This document shows, piece by piece, positions 8,751 through 17,376 of a DNA stretch of 64,000 nucleotides; position 1 is the first letter of the stretch; every line of letters starts with the position of its first letter. The notes beneath the pieces were generated by a model. That model was given only the letters and a program-made list of their open reading frames with translations, did no database searches and had not been told where the DNA came from. The position numbers and the translations under genes were made by a program. Source of the stretch: Candidatus Saccharimonadota bacterium (GTDB taxonomy: Bacteria > Patescibacteriota > Saccharimonadia > Saccharimonadales > AWTP1-31); the NCBI GenBank assembly GCA_052034955.1, contig JBPOHZ010000006.1:23009-87008 (forward strand), written 5' to 3'.

Positions 8751-9260
8751 CTATTTATCGGCAATGAACGGTTCGAACAGCATAAACATACACTGAGCAC
8801 CAGCTCTGGTTGTCTCGCTCCTAAAGCGTCCACAAAAATCTATCAACATATCTGATGCACTAAATGTTCTTTCGAATAGAACATCGATTGGAGTTTTGGT
8901 TGGGTCGCCACCTCTTTGATAAATATCGGCGGTCACTTCATCAACAACAGTCGTAAGTCCAATTATAGAAGCCTCTGTGACGCTAGGCATATTATCGGCA
9001 CATTTTCTTAAAACTCGGTGCCCCACCAAATGCCCAGTCATAAGCATATGAGCCCAGTCATGACCACCTTCACGAGACTGTATTCCTTTGGCAAATGAAT
9101 TTATTACTAGATCAACCAGAGGGCGACTTGTAGCCCCCATAAAGGCTAGCTCTTCTTTTCTAAAATCATCAAAATCTGAAGTTACGACATCATCCCACAC
9201 CAAATCAAGAATTTCAGGATCAATTTGAATTAATTTTGGCGATTCGTGTGCTGTTGTCAT
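8751..9260 (-). CDS. Hypothetical cytoplasmic protein
   Basis: 169-aa ORF. His cluster GGHDWAHMLMTGHLVGH. No family recognised. Divergent from 9307-9870. Confidence 0.5.
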   Translation of the reverse strand: MTTAHESPKLIQIDPEILDLVWDDVVTSDFDDFRKEELAFMGATSRPLVDLVINSFAKGIQSREGGHDWAHMLMTGHLVGHRVLRKCADNMPSVTEASIIGLTTVVDEVTADIYQRGGDPTKTPIDVLFERTFSASDMLIDFCGRFRSETTRAGAQCMFMLFEPFIADK

Positions 9261-9306
9261 CTGTAATACACTTGTAAAAAGTATACTATAATGATATATT
9301 TAGAAG

Positions 9307-9870
9307 ATGTCAATAGAAATTAGAGAGCTCCCTAACAGAGAGACGGGTATACCCTGTATGGGCCTCACAATGCTCAGTCTGGAACGTCTGGCACTTCACA
9401 ACTCCGCGGTCGGCGAGGGTCGGCGAACTTACGGAAGAACCATCTTCTCCAGAGAAGAGCCTATAGCATGGGACGTGAACGACAGAAGCTGGCGACTAAA
9501 GCCAGTTGCTGGTCGCGTCTTAGCGATTTTAGCTCAAGCCCCTGTGGAGCCCCACAAACCATCAGAAATAGCCCAAATAATGAGTAACGGCTTTAATGTC
9601 CCCATACACAAGGCTGATTCCTGGACACTGTCAGGAATAAAAGTCCTCTACGAGACCGGACATCTAGCCGTAGAACGAACCAAGTTCAAGAATCATCGCA
9701 AGATTAGCGCTGTTCAACTCACATGCGGACTTTTAGTCCCCGAAGGTTTAGATGAACCACCGACATCTGGCAATGTTGATACGACAAACATTTCAGATTT
9801 CGGCATAGCCCATGCCGTCCTTTATGATGCAGCTGTAGATTCACTGGTAGATAGCGTAGCTATCGACTAG
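9307..9870 (+). CDS. Hypothetical protein, possible winged-helix segment
   Basis: 187-aa ORF. TATAAT at 9287-9292 upstream. The segment AGRVLAILAQAPVEPHKPSEIAQIMS looks like a wHTH recognition region, but this is weak. Confidence 0.5.
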   Translation: MSIEIRELPNRETGIPCMGLTMLSLERLALHNSAVGEGRRTYGRTIFSREEPIAWDVNDRSWRLKPVAGRVLAILAQAPVEPHKPSEIAQIMSNGFNVPIHKADSWTLSGIKVLYETGHLAVERTKFKNHRKISAVQLTCGLLVPEGLDEPPTSGNVDTTNISDFGIAHAVLYDAAVDSLVDSVAID

Positions 9871-10192
9871 GATTGCCTAGTAATGTAGAAACTTCTGCCA
9901 GCTTGCTTTTTTGATATTTACTTCCACTTTATATTCCCTACTAAATGTTTTTATTTTAACTCCCATATTGTCTCCCTCACGGACGGCGAAAAGTATTGTC
10001 TCACGATACCTCTGCCTTGTTTTTTTAAGTTATATTTTTGTTTTTCCTGTTGAGTCTTCGTTGGCACTATGTGCTGCTCTCAGAGAATATGTGCATTCTA
10101 TACAAACCAAATCGTATTGTCAAGCTTATGCTTAGGAATAATCATGTTATACTGTTGTCATAAATAAGCATAAAAACAATAAAAGGAACGTT

Positions 10193-10423
10193 ATGCCAGC
10201 CAAAAAATCCAAAAAAACTGTTAAAAAATCTTCTGTAAACGAACAAACCAATCGCATTGGTGCAGCCGCTGGAATATTATTCGCCGGTGCAGCCGTCGCA
10301 TTACTTGGAACAATCCAAGAACAAGACAATATAAAGCTATTACTGATTGGCTTCGCGGCCGCCCTGCTTGTTCTAGGTGGAGTTGTTCTTGGTATGGCAA
10401 CTCAATCAGTTAAGAAGAAATAA
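10193..10423 (+). CDS. Small two-helix membrane protein
   Basis: 76 aa. SD AAAGGAA before the ATG. Lys-rich termini and two hydrophobic helices (IGAAAGILFAGAAVALLG, LLLIGFAAALLVLGGVVLGM). 14 nt upstream of the antiporter gene. Confidence 0.5.
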   Translation: MPAKKSKKTVKKSSVNEQTNRIGAAAGILFAGAAVALLGTIQEQDNIKLLLIGFAAALLVLGGVVLGMATQSVKKK

Positions 10424-10437
10424 ATCCTGCCCTGCCT

Positions 10438-12141
10438 ATGCACGGAAATGTATTTAGCGAAATAAGTATAATCATCGCCTTGGCGGCGGTTGTATCGCTA
10501 ATTATGCGTGCCCTCCGGCAGCCTTTGATTATCGGTCATATCTTCACTGGCATTATAGCCGGGCCATCGTTCTTGGGGATTATCCATGCCGACGCTAGCT
10601 TTACTGGACTATCCGAAATGGGTGTCGCACTACTGCTATTTATTATTGGTCTAGACCTCAGTATTAAAACCCTATCGCGAGTCGGAAAGGCGGTGTTCTT
10701 TACCACTGCCATCCAGATTGGAACCGTTACTGCCGTAGGCTATGCCGTTTGTCTGCTCCTGGGCTTCACCAAGACCGAGTCCGCCATATTGGGGTTGGGC
10801 CTAGCCATGAGCAGTACTATTATCATCGTTAAGCTGCTCAATGATAAAAAAGAGACCGGCCGACTATATGCCCAAATAGCAATTGGTGTACTGCTAATGC
10901 AAGATGTTGTAGCGACTTTGGCCAAGATCGGACTGGCTGCCAAATCTCAAGGTGGCGATACGGTTCAGACACTTGTTACTTTGAGCCTTCGAGGTATTGG
11001 TATCGGCGCCGGTATGTATTTGGTAGTCAAGAAAGTTATTCCGCTCCTAACCAAGACGTTAGAACATGGACGCGAGCTACTGTTAATTTTTTCTTTGGGC
11101 TGGGGACTTGGATTAGCATTATTGTTCCAAAAAGCCGGCTTCTCGATAGAAATCGGTGCCCTGTTTGCCGGTGTAAGTTTGGCTAGCTTGCCCTATAGCA
11201 ACGAGATGGCTTCTCGGCTCAAGCCACTCCGTGACTTCTTTTTGGTAATCTTCTTTATAACACTGGGCCAGACTATGTCACCCGGCCAACTTGGTGGAGT
11301 TATCCTGCCCGCAGTAGTGCTTAGTTTGATTGTCCTAATCGTCAAACCACTAACCGTTATGACCAGTATGGGGATGCTGGGGTACACCAAACGAGCTAGC
11401 TTTAAAGCAGCCGTTGCAATGAGCCAAGTTAGTGAATTCTCTTTGGTATTCCTTGTTGCAGCTAAAGCCTCTGGCTTTGTGGGGCAAGAGGCATCGGCCA
11501 CCCTCACCCTGGTTGCCCTAATTACCTTTGCAGCCTCTACTTATCTGATCAACTACGACAACCGTCTGTATACCAACCTAGAGGAACATCTTCGATTATT
11601 CGAAAGACATGTTACTAAGAACGACAATCGCAAAGGACTAGCCAGCTATCCTATTGTCTTGTTCGGCTATCGTAAGGGTGGTCACGAGTTCCTTAAGACC
11701 TTCCAAAACATGAATAAGCGTTACGTAGTTGTAGACTATGACCCGGAGAATATCGAGACCTTAGAACGACAGCAAATAAACTATATGTATGGTGACGCCA
11801 CCGATCCAGAGCTTTTGGATGAGCTCAACCTTGGCAAGAGCAAACTGGTAGTCTCTACCATTGGCGATAGCGAAACCAACAAGTTCTTAGCTCACTGGCT
11901 GGCTACTCATAACCCAAGCGCTGTATTTGTTTGCTCGGCCGACCGTGCAGAATACGCCAGCGACTTATATGCCGACGGTGCTAGCTACGTTATGATGCCG
12001 CACTACATAGGTAGCGAAAAAATAAGTAGCTTCATAAAAAAGAACGGCTTCAACAAATCAGAATTCAAACGCTTCCGCGAAAAGCACCTAGTATATTTGC
12101 AATCCCACTTCGATGCCGTCGACGTCGCTGAAGATCTATAA
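10438..12141 (+). CDS. Cation:proton antiporter (CPA2/Kef-like) with C-terminal RCK/TrkA-N domain
   Basis: 567 aa. About 12 hydrophobic helices of Na/H-exchanger type, then a Rossmann-like IVLFGYRKGGHEF...YGDATDPELL domain. Confidence 0.85.
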   Translation: MHGNVFSEISIIIALAAVVSLIMRALRQPLIIGHIFTGIIAGPSFLGIIHADASFTGLSEMGVALLLFIIGLDLSIKTLSRVGKAVFFTTAIQIGTVTAVGYAVCLLLGFTKTESAILGLGLAMSSTIIIVKLLNDKKETGRLYAQIAIGVLLMQDVVATLAKIGLAAKSQGGDTVQTLVTLSLRGIGIGAGMYLVVKKVIPLLTKTLEHGRELLLIFSLGWGLGLALLFQKAGFSIEIGALFAGVSLASLPYSNEMASRLKPLRDFFLVIFFITLGQTMSPGQLGGVILPAVVLSLIVLIVKPLTVMTSMGMLGYTKRASFKAAVAMSQVSEFSLVFLVAAKASGFVGQEASATLTLVALITFAASTYLINYDNRLYTNLEEHLRLFERHVTKNDNRKGLASYPIVLFGYRKGGHEFLKTFQNMNKRYVVVDYDPENIETLERQQINYMYGDATDPELLDELNLGKSKLVVSTIGDSETNKFLAHWLATHNPSAVFVCSADRAEYASDLYADGASYVMMPHYIGSEKISSFIKKNGFNKSEFKRFREKHLVYLQSHFDAVDVAEDL

Positions 12142-12175
12142 TTGACATCTTCAAAAATAGTAGTATCGTTACTTT

Positions 12176-12442
12176 ATGAATAAAGATCCTGGTTTATCGC
12201 ATAGAACTCCTATTGAATATATCAGAGCTGGAGTAGCTGCATTGGTATTGTCGGTCACTAGAGATGATGATCCGACTATTAATCAGCTAGATCCTTACTT
12301 GGGAGCGAGGACAGGCTCGCCAGACGACACGCCAAGCGAACTAGTAATCCCAAAGTCAGCCGCAGAAATTGTTCGTGAAGCCGGATTCTCCAACAATCGA
12401 TCAGGGCGTCGTGCTGCAGCTAGGTTACTAAGACAAAAATAG
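12176..12442 (+). CDS. Hypothetical small protein
   Basis: 88-aa ORF with a basic C-terminus (RSGRRAAARLLRQK). No family recognised. Confidence 0.4.
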   Translation: MNKDPGLSHRTPIEYIRAGVAALVLSVTRDDDPTINQLDPYLGARTGSPDDTPSELVIPKSAAEIVREAGFSNNRSGRRAAARLLRQK

Positions 12443-12443
12443 A

Positions 12444-13052
12444 TTATTCGGTTTTTCGAGCGCGCTCGATATCGTGATAAAGCCAGTGCTTATTGGCGTA
12501 ATTGGCCACGCTTTTGACCAAACTGTCGGTAGTTTTTCCGGCAGCAAGCTGCAGGCGAATGACCGCCGAGGATAACTGCCGCTCGACACTGTCTACTACC
12601 TGCAGACTTTTCGGTTGAACCGGCAGGCCGTGAGCCACTTTTAGGGTCTCGGCTACCTCGTGGCCTCCCCTTGCCCCAACAACTAGCCCAATTTTAGGTA
12701 ACATCATCTCAACCTGTGGCCAATGATCCATATGCTCAAATAGATCAGATCCCATAAGCAGAACCAATTGGCAATCCGGAAATTTGGCCTGCAGTTTTGG
12801 CAGTGTCGACTTGGCCAGAAAGTACCCGTCGGGAAGTTCTAAGACTCCAAGATTCTTGTATGGACGCGTAGCTAACCTGAGCATCGCTAGACGGTGCCCG
12901 ATATGAGTAACTTGAGGTTTACGACGAGGTTTAACCTCTGGAGCAAAATAAACCATATCTAGCTCTGCCGCCTCCAATGATTGCAAGGCAAATGCAATGT
13001 GACCTTTATGAACTGGGTCAAAACTACCACTGAATATACCGATCCGCTTCAT
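12444..13052 (-). CDS. nadD: Nicotinate-nucleotide adenylyltransferase
   Basis: GIFSGSFDPVHKGHI nucleotidyltransferase motif. About 200 aa, typical NadD length. Confidence 0.85.
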   Translation of the reverse strand: MKRIGIFSGSFDPVHKGHIAFALQSLEAAELDMVYFAPEVKPRRKPQVTHIGHRLAMLRLATRPYKNLGVLELPDGYFLAKSTLPKLQAKFPDCQLVLLMGSDLFEHMDHWPQVEMMLPKIGLVVGARGGHEVAETLKVAHGLPVQPKSLQVVDSVERQLSSAVIRLQLAAGKTTDSLVKSVANYANKHWLYHDIERARKTE

Positions 13053-13060
13053 TGAAACAA

Positions 13061-14635
13061 CTATACCTTAACTTCGCAGCTAACGTCTTCTTTGCAGGTT
13101 CGACAGCGTAATACTTTTCTGTTTCGAATAGCCCGATAGTTGGGGTGCCCCTTGGAACATGTAAAGTTACGGTCGCCCAGGCTATCAGTGTCGTCGTCTT
13201 GATTGCCCTGGTTGACACCCCCAAACATATCTTGTGGATTTCGACCCCTGTTAAAGTCGAACAGCGTGCCGCATCCACCAAAGTTAAGCCCCTGCCTGAC
13301 TCCATTATTAAAGCTATATGCCATTTGATGGATAAAGGCTATGTCGGAGGTAGGTGAGTCAAAATAAACTCTAAAGTCTCTCTTGTCTAAGTCTGCGGTT
13401 CCACTTCTTAGTTCTATTTTTTCGACAATTGCTTTTCGGATATGAGCCGCTACGGCGAATAACACAGCACCGTGCATGGTTCGTGCCGCGTCATCGTCGA
13501 ATTCTGGCTGATTAGTTACTCTTTCGAATTGAGCTCGACTAGCGGCATCCATGTAACCAGCAACCGGTTTTACAGAATCAATAAAGGCCTTAAGCACTGG
13601 TGTCTTGGCTTTCTCTTCTAAAGATATGGCAACTGGCAGATACATTGTCTGGAATGCCCTATCACGAAGCCCCTTTTGCTCCTGAGCCAGCTTTCTGGTT
13701 GTCGTTACTTTAGGTGGCAAACCTCTTTCGGACTCGTACTCGACAATGAATTCTCGCAAGAATTCACAAGCCTCGTCGTAGCCCATATTACCGATAAATG
13801 GATGGTTTATAAGCTCGTGTGGCTTAATGGTATTTGGGACTTGTACTCCACGACCACGTAATTTGGAAGCCAATAGACCAACATTGCTTTCGTCTATGGA
13901 CATTACTTTAGTCCGTAATCTTCCATTCTCGGCATGTGATAACTGCCCCATGGCGCACTCAAAATCAACGTTGTAACCAAGCTCCTTTATAAAATCACTG
14001 CCAAATCGTTCTATGACGTCTTCTGGGAAGGCGCTAAAAGCAATAACGGTGTTATGTCCTGCGCCACTAAACATTGGTTCGATATATTCATCCAGCAAAC
14101 GCAAATCGGCATCATCCCTATCGGCTTGGGTGATCATCCTAGGATCGACATGCTCCCCAATCTCACGAGATCGCACCGCTCCGCGTTCTATCAAATCCCT
14201 TATTGGCTCGCCGGTAGCAGTTCTGATCTTACCGCCAATAACATCAAAGGTGTCATCGCGTTCAATTGTTATAAATTCACCAATGCCTTTGGCGGTTTTT
14301 TCCATTTCGTCAATTGATGTCTCGAACTCGTCCCTAAGTCGTCTAACTTCAGGCATCTCGAGTACCTCACCCTCGGCATTTAGGGCAGCCCGTCCAGCGG
14401 CTCGAACCACTCGCATACTCACCCCATACTCTTCGACTTCTGGATTATCCGGTTCGGTTAGACGATCGGACAACATATTTTCAACGAACTCTGCAAAGCT
14501 GTCTGTTATAGCGCCGTCCCTAGCGGCCAATTGAAGTCCATGCTCAAAGGCTAGTCCGTTGGCTTCATTATCAACCACTAGCTGGGGTACAGCAAAAGGC
14601 AGTTCCTCCCCTGAATAGATTTGTCGGGAGGACAT
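13061..14635 (-). CDS. Large acidic orphan protein with C-terminal zinc-ribbon-like motif
   Basis: The track gives 13061-14668 from a TTG inside a T-run; the first ATG is 14635 (MSSRQIYSGEE...). No TM segment. C-terminus FTCSKGHPNYRAIRNRKVLRCRTCKEDVSC (C-x3-H...C-x2-C). No family recognised. Confidence 0.6.
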   Translation of the reverse strand: MSSRQIYSGEELPFAVPQLVVDNEANGLAFEHGLQLAARDGAITDSFAEFVENMLSDRLTEPDNPEVEEYGVSMRVVRAAGRAALNAEGEVLEMPEVRRLRDEFETSIDEMEKTAKGIGEFITIERDDTFDVIGGKIRTATGEPIRDLIERGAVRSREIGEHVDPRMITQADRDDADLRLLDEYIEPMFSGAGHNTVIAFSAFPEDVIERFGSDFIKELGYNVDFECAMGQLSHAENGRLRTKVMSIDESNVGLLASKLRGRGVQVPNTIKPHELINHPFIGNMGYDEACEFLREFIVEYESERGLPPKVTTTRKLAQEQKGLRDRAFQTMYLPVAISLEEKAKTPVLKAFIDSVKPVAGYMDAASRAQFERVTNQPEFDDDAARTMHGAVLFAVAAHIRKAIVEKIELRSGTADLDKRDFRVYFDSPTSDIAFIHQMAYSFNNGVRQGLNFGGCGTLFDFNRGRNPQDMFGGVNQGNQDDDTDSLGDRNFTCSKGHPNYRAIRNRKVLRCRTCKEDVSCEVKV

Positions 14636-14666
14636 GAATATGACGTTTTCTGCTTGCTCAGGACCC

Positions 14667-14705
14667 AAAAAAATACCCTCTTTTTCCGATATGCAGAAAA
14701 GAGGG
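14667..14705 (-). terminator. Intrinsic terminator-like hairpin plus U-tract
   Basis: Minus strand: CCCTCTTTT (complement of 14697-14705) pairs with AAAAGAGGG (complement of 14676-14684). 12-nt loop, followed by TATTTTTTT (14667-14675). The plus strand has no T-tract. Confidence 0.55.
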
Positions 14706-14896
14706 GTTACCCACGCTTCTGCTCGGAAGTCTTGCTGGTGTTCGGACTCATCTACTACTGTAGCTTACCGTTGCGGCACAGTTCCTGAATCTAACAGGAT
14801 TCCACCATTTATTTGTTAACTACCTTTAGTATGTCACCAAATCGCTTTTGGTAGAACATTTTTGCAATGTAGAATTTGCACCAATTTAATTGATAT

Positions 14897-15712
14897 CTAA
14901 AACAAGCTTAAAGAGACCAGAATTATTGTCCCTATAACTATTCGGTAGTAGGCAAAGAACTTAAAACTATGAGTTGCTACGTACTTAAGCAGCCACTTAA
15001 TTGCAGCTAGGGCTACAATAAAGGACACAATGGTACCGGCAATTAAAGCCGAAGTTCCACCAGTTATTTGATCGATCTTATCGCCTTCTTTAACCATCTT
15101 GTATGCTCCGGCCATGATAATAATCGGGATGCTAAGGTAAAAAGAGAATGCAGTGGCTGTTACGCGGTCGACACCACCAATCAATCCACCCATGATTGTC
15201 GAAGCCGACCTGGAAACACCAGGGATCAATGAAAGTATCTGAAACACACCAATCTTAATGGCTTGTAGATTACTAATGCTATTTAAGGACGGCGAGGTTT
15301 TAGACGGCTTAATAGCGACCTTGGATTCCACCAGCCAGATGGCTATTCCGCCCAAAATTAGAGTTGTACCAACTGTTTTTGGAGTAGCAAAGCGATGCAG
15401 CTCACTACTAAGGAGTAATCCGGCAAGGGCTGCCGGCAAAGTAGCTAAAACTAGATTAATCCAAAATTTTATAGATGACTTGCTGCCGGCAAATAAATCC
15501 TTGACCCGTGCTACCAAATCCTTGCGGTAATACCAAATAACAGATGCAATTGCTCCTAGTTGGATAATTACCGTGAATAACTCGGCAGTATCCTTGTATC
15601 CAATCAGACGTTCGGCAACCACCAAATGTCCAGTGCTAGATATCGGCAAGAACTCCGTCAGTCCCTCGATTATGCCTAGTAGTATTGCTTGCAGTATTGC
15701 CATTACCTTCAA
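14897..15712 (-). CDS. uppP: Undecaprenyl-diphosphate phosphatase
   Basis: GLTEFLPISSTGHL signature. 271 aa with about 8 hydrophobic helices. Confidence 0.9.
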   Translation of the reverse strand: MKVMAILQAILLGIIEGLTEFLPISSTGHLVVAERLIGYKDTAELFTVIIQLGAIASVIWYYRKDLVARVKDLFAGSKSSIKFWINLVLATLPAALAGLLLSSELHRFATPKTVGTTLILGGIAIWLVESKVAIKPSKTSPSLNSISNLQAIKIGVFQILSLIPGVSRSASTIMGGLIGGVDRVTATAFSFYLSIPIIIMAGAYKMVKEGDKIDQITGGTSALIAGTIVSFIVALAAIKWLLKYVATHSFKFFAYYRIVIGTIILVSLSLF

Positions 15713-15741
15713 GTATAAGCCATGTCTGCTATATTGAAGAG

Positions 15742-16380
15742 ATGATACTAGAAGTACCCTTTATTCCTAATACTGCAGATGGCCTTCATTGCGCCCAATC
15801 GTCATTTATGATGATCCTGAAGTATTTTAAACCCGATTTTACAATTAGCGACGATGCATGGGATAAAATAACAGGTTTTGAGAAAGATAAAGGAACATGG
15901 GACTCTGGCTCTCTATTATGGTTTAGAGAAAACGGCTTTGAAGTACAGACTTTGACAGTCTTTGATAACGAAGCTTTCGTAAAAGACGGAGGAGATTATC
16001 TTATAAAACTAAGTGGTCCGAAGATTGGTGAATGGCAAATCGCTCACAGCAATATTCCCGTCGAACAACAACGCATTAAAAAGCTGCTAGCCCTAGACGT
16101 ATTTACTAAACAAACGCCTACGATTAATGATATTAAGGACTTTTTAGACAAAGGTTACTTGGTTAAGGTTTTGGTTAACTCAAGAAGGCTTAATGGTAAA
16201 GATGGCTATTTTGGTCATGCTATTGTTGTGATTGGATATGATGATAAAAGTTTTATGGTCCATGACCCCGGACTTCCTCCAAAACCTAGCCGCAAAGTTT
16301 CATACGCAGAGCTGGAAGAAGCTTGGGCAGATCCAAATATCGAATCCAAGGAATTAGTCGCAATTAGACCAGCATCATAG
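15742..16380 (+). CDS. Papain-like C39-type cysteine peptidase domain protein (stand-alone)
   Basis: The track ORF starts at 15685; the internal ATG 15742 (MILEVPFIPN) avoids overlap with uppP. Cys in GLHCAQSSFMM and His in GHAIVVIGYDDKSFMVHDPG. No signal peptide. Confidence 0.65.
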   Translation: MILEVPFIPNTADGLHCAQSSFMMILKYFKPDFTISDDAWDKITGFEKDKGTWDSGSLLWFRENGFEVQTLTVFDNEAFVKDGGDYLIKLSGPKIGEWQIAHSNIPVEQQRIKKLLALDVFTKQTPTINDIKDFLDKGYLVKVLVNSRRLNGKDGYFGHAIVVIGYDDKSFMVHDPGLPPKPSRKVSYAELEEAWADPNIESKELVAIRPAS

Positions 16381-16845
16381 CTATTTGTCGGCTGGGTTAA
16401 TAGTTTTATCCTTAAGGGGCTTGAGTCTAGGAATAAAGGAATGAGCTGCGCCTTCAAGTCCTAGAATCTTTAGCGCTCCGACTAAAACGTACAGACTGTC
16501 GACATCGTCGCTCTTGGGTCTCGGCTGGCCTTCTAAATCTTTGAACATAGCTTCGACTTTTTTGACTAGCCACTTTTCTTGGCTGGCCGTAACTTGAGTT
16601 CCGGTAACCTTGATTGGCTCAACTGTGGCGACCACCTCGATAGACCTTGCCGAATGATCACGTTTTCTTAAATGACCCCTAGTAATCAAACTGTTTACAT
16701 GCAGGGAAACCGTGGCAACCGAAGTATAGTTTAGTCCGCTCATTATTTCGCGGTAGCTGGGGCTGTAGCCATGTTCGGCAATAAACTTAGTAATAAAATC
16801 TAGTATTTCACGCTGCTTTTTTGTTGGCCTGACAGTCTCTGGCAT
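16381..16845 (-). CDS. LexA-type winged-helix DNA-binding protein lacking the S24 peptidase domain
   Basis: KKQREILDFITKFIAEHGYSPSYREIMSGLNYTSVATVSLHVNSLITRGHLRK parallels the LexA N-domain. The remaining ~80 aa have no Ser/Lys peptidase motifs. The ATG overlaps the GtrA stop (TAATG). Confidence 0.7.
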   Translation of the reverse strand: MPETVRPTKKQREILDFITKFIAEHGYSPSYREIMSGLNYTSVATVSLHVNSLITRGHLRKRDHSARSIEVVATVEPIKVTGTQVTASQEKWLVKKVEAMFKDLEGQPRPKSDDVDSLYVLVGALKILGLEGAAHSFIPRLKPLKDKTINPADK

Positions 16846-17282
16846 TACTTCTTACCCTTCTTGGGTTTTGCAGAGAACACCCAAAGTTTATACCACAGGT
16901 AATTCCAGACCGTAAAGAATCCTGCCGAAATAAACTGACCTAGGTAAGGCGAGAGTCCAAGGCCTTTTAGGCCAGCCACAATAAAGTAATCGAGTACAAA
17001 GTTAACAAGTGTCAAAACAATGTAACGGCCAGTAACTTGAGTCTTCTTGGTTGAGAGCTTTTTATTATTGAACACCCAGTAGCGTTGCAAAACATAATTT
17101 ACTGTCCAGCCAGCAAGGTTAGCAATGAGTTTTGCCCACCACAGGCTAAGTCCAAGAACTTGGTCGCAGACAAAGAATACAGCGTAGCCAGTCCAAAAGA
17201 AGGCCCCACCACTAACCAGATATTGGGCAAATCTGATCATTTCCGATCTGTTCTTCTTATAAATCTTCTTAATTTTGGCCAT
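16845..17282 (-). CDS. GtrA-family membrane protein (glycan/lipid-linked sugar translocation)
   Basis: 145 aa, 4 helices. GtrA-like pattern FAQYLVSGGAFFWTGYAVFF...NYVLQRYWVF. Confidence 0.8.
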   Translation of the reverse strand: MAKIKKIYKKNRSEMIRFAQYLVSGGAFFWTGYAVFFVCDQVLGLSLWWAKLIANLAGWTVNYVLQRYWVFNNKKLSTKKTQVTGRYIVLTLVNFVLDYFIVAGLKGLGLSPYLGQFISAGFFTVWNYLWYKLWVFSAKPKKGKK

Positions 17283-17356
17283 AATACTTACTTAACCATA
17301 AGTATAACAGAGGGGATCCCTGCTTTAACCTCTTAAGCATAATTTAAGGACATTTT

Positions 17357-17376
17357 AGGCTTAAGCCTGGTATAAT
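17357..17376 (+). promoter_or_regulatory. Candidate LCP promoter with a palindromic operator
   Basis: Perfect 12-bp palindrome AGGCTTAAGCCT (17357-17368) abuts the extended -10 TGGTATAAT (17368-17376). The ATG at 17386 lies only 9 nt after the -10, and there is no SD. Confidence 0.4.

Noticed and set aside
8770-8778. GGTTCGAAC T-loop-like string
   Set aside because: It lies inside the 8751-9260 coding frame and has no surrounding tRNA arms. Other TTCGAA occurrences in the window are likewise inside coding regions.
9911-10135. 74-aa hydrophobic ORF in the AT-rich gap 9871-10192
   Set aside because: It has a TTG start and no SD, and its Phe/Leu/Ser-rich product is what T-rich non-coding DNA typically translates to. 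I kept the region as unexplained non-coding sequence rather than calling a gene.
13024-13305. 93-aa minus-strand ORF spanning the nadD start and the end of the 13061 gene
   Set aside because: It overlaps two well-supported or longer ORFs in another frame and is a shadow ORF.
14732-14807. tRNA-like 3' end (…GGATTCCACCA) on the plus strand
   Set aside because: No cloverleaf can be drawn. The would-be T-arm (TCCTG-AATCTAA-CAGGA) lacks the GTTCRANYC consensus, and no acceptor-stem complement exists upstream.
14707-14830. Possible small SRP (4.5S) RNA on the minus strand, because of CCGCAACG and AGCA strings
   Set aside because: The sequence does not fold into the single long hairpin of 4.5S RNA. 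There is no GNRA tetraloop closed by the conserved UCC/GGA stem. The similarity to E. coli 4.5S is limited to short strings.
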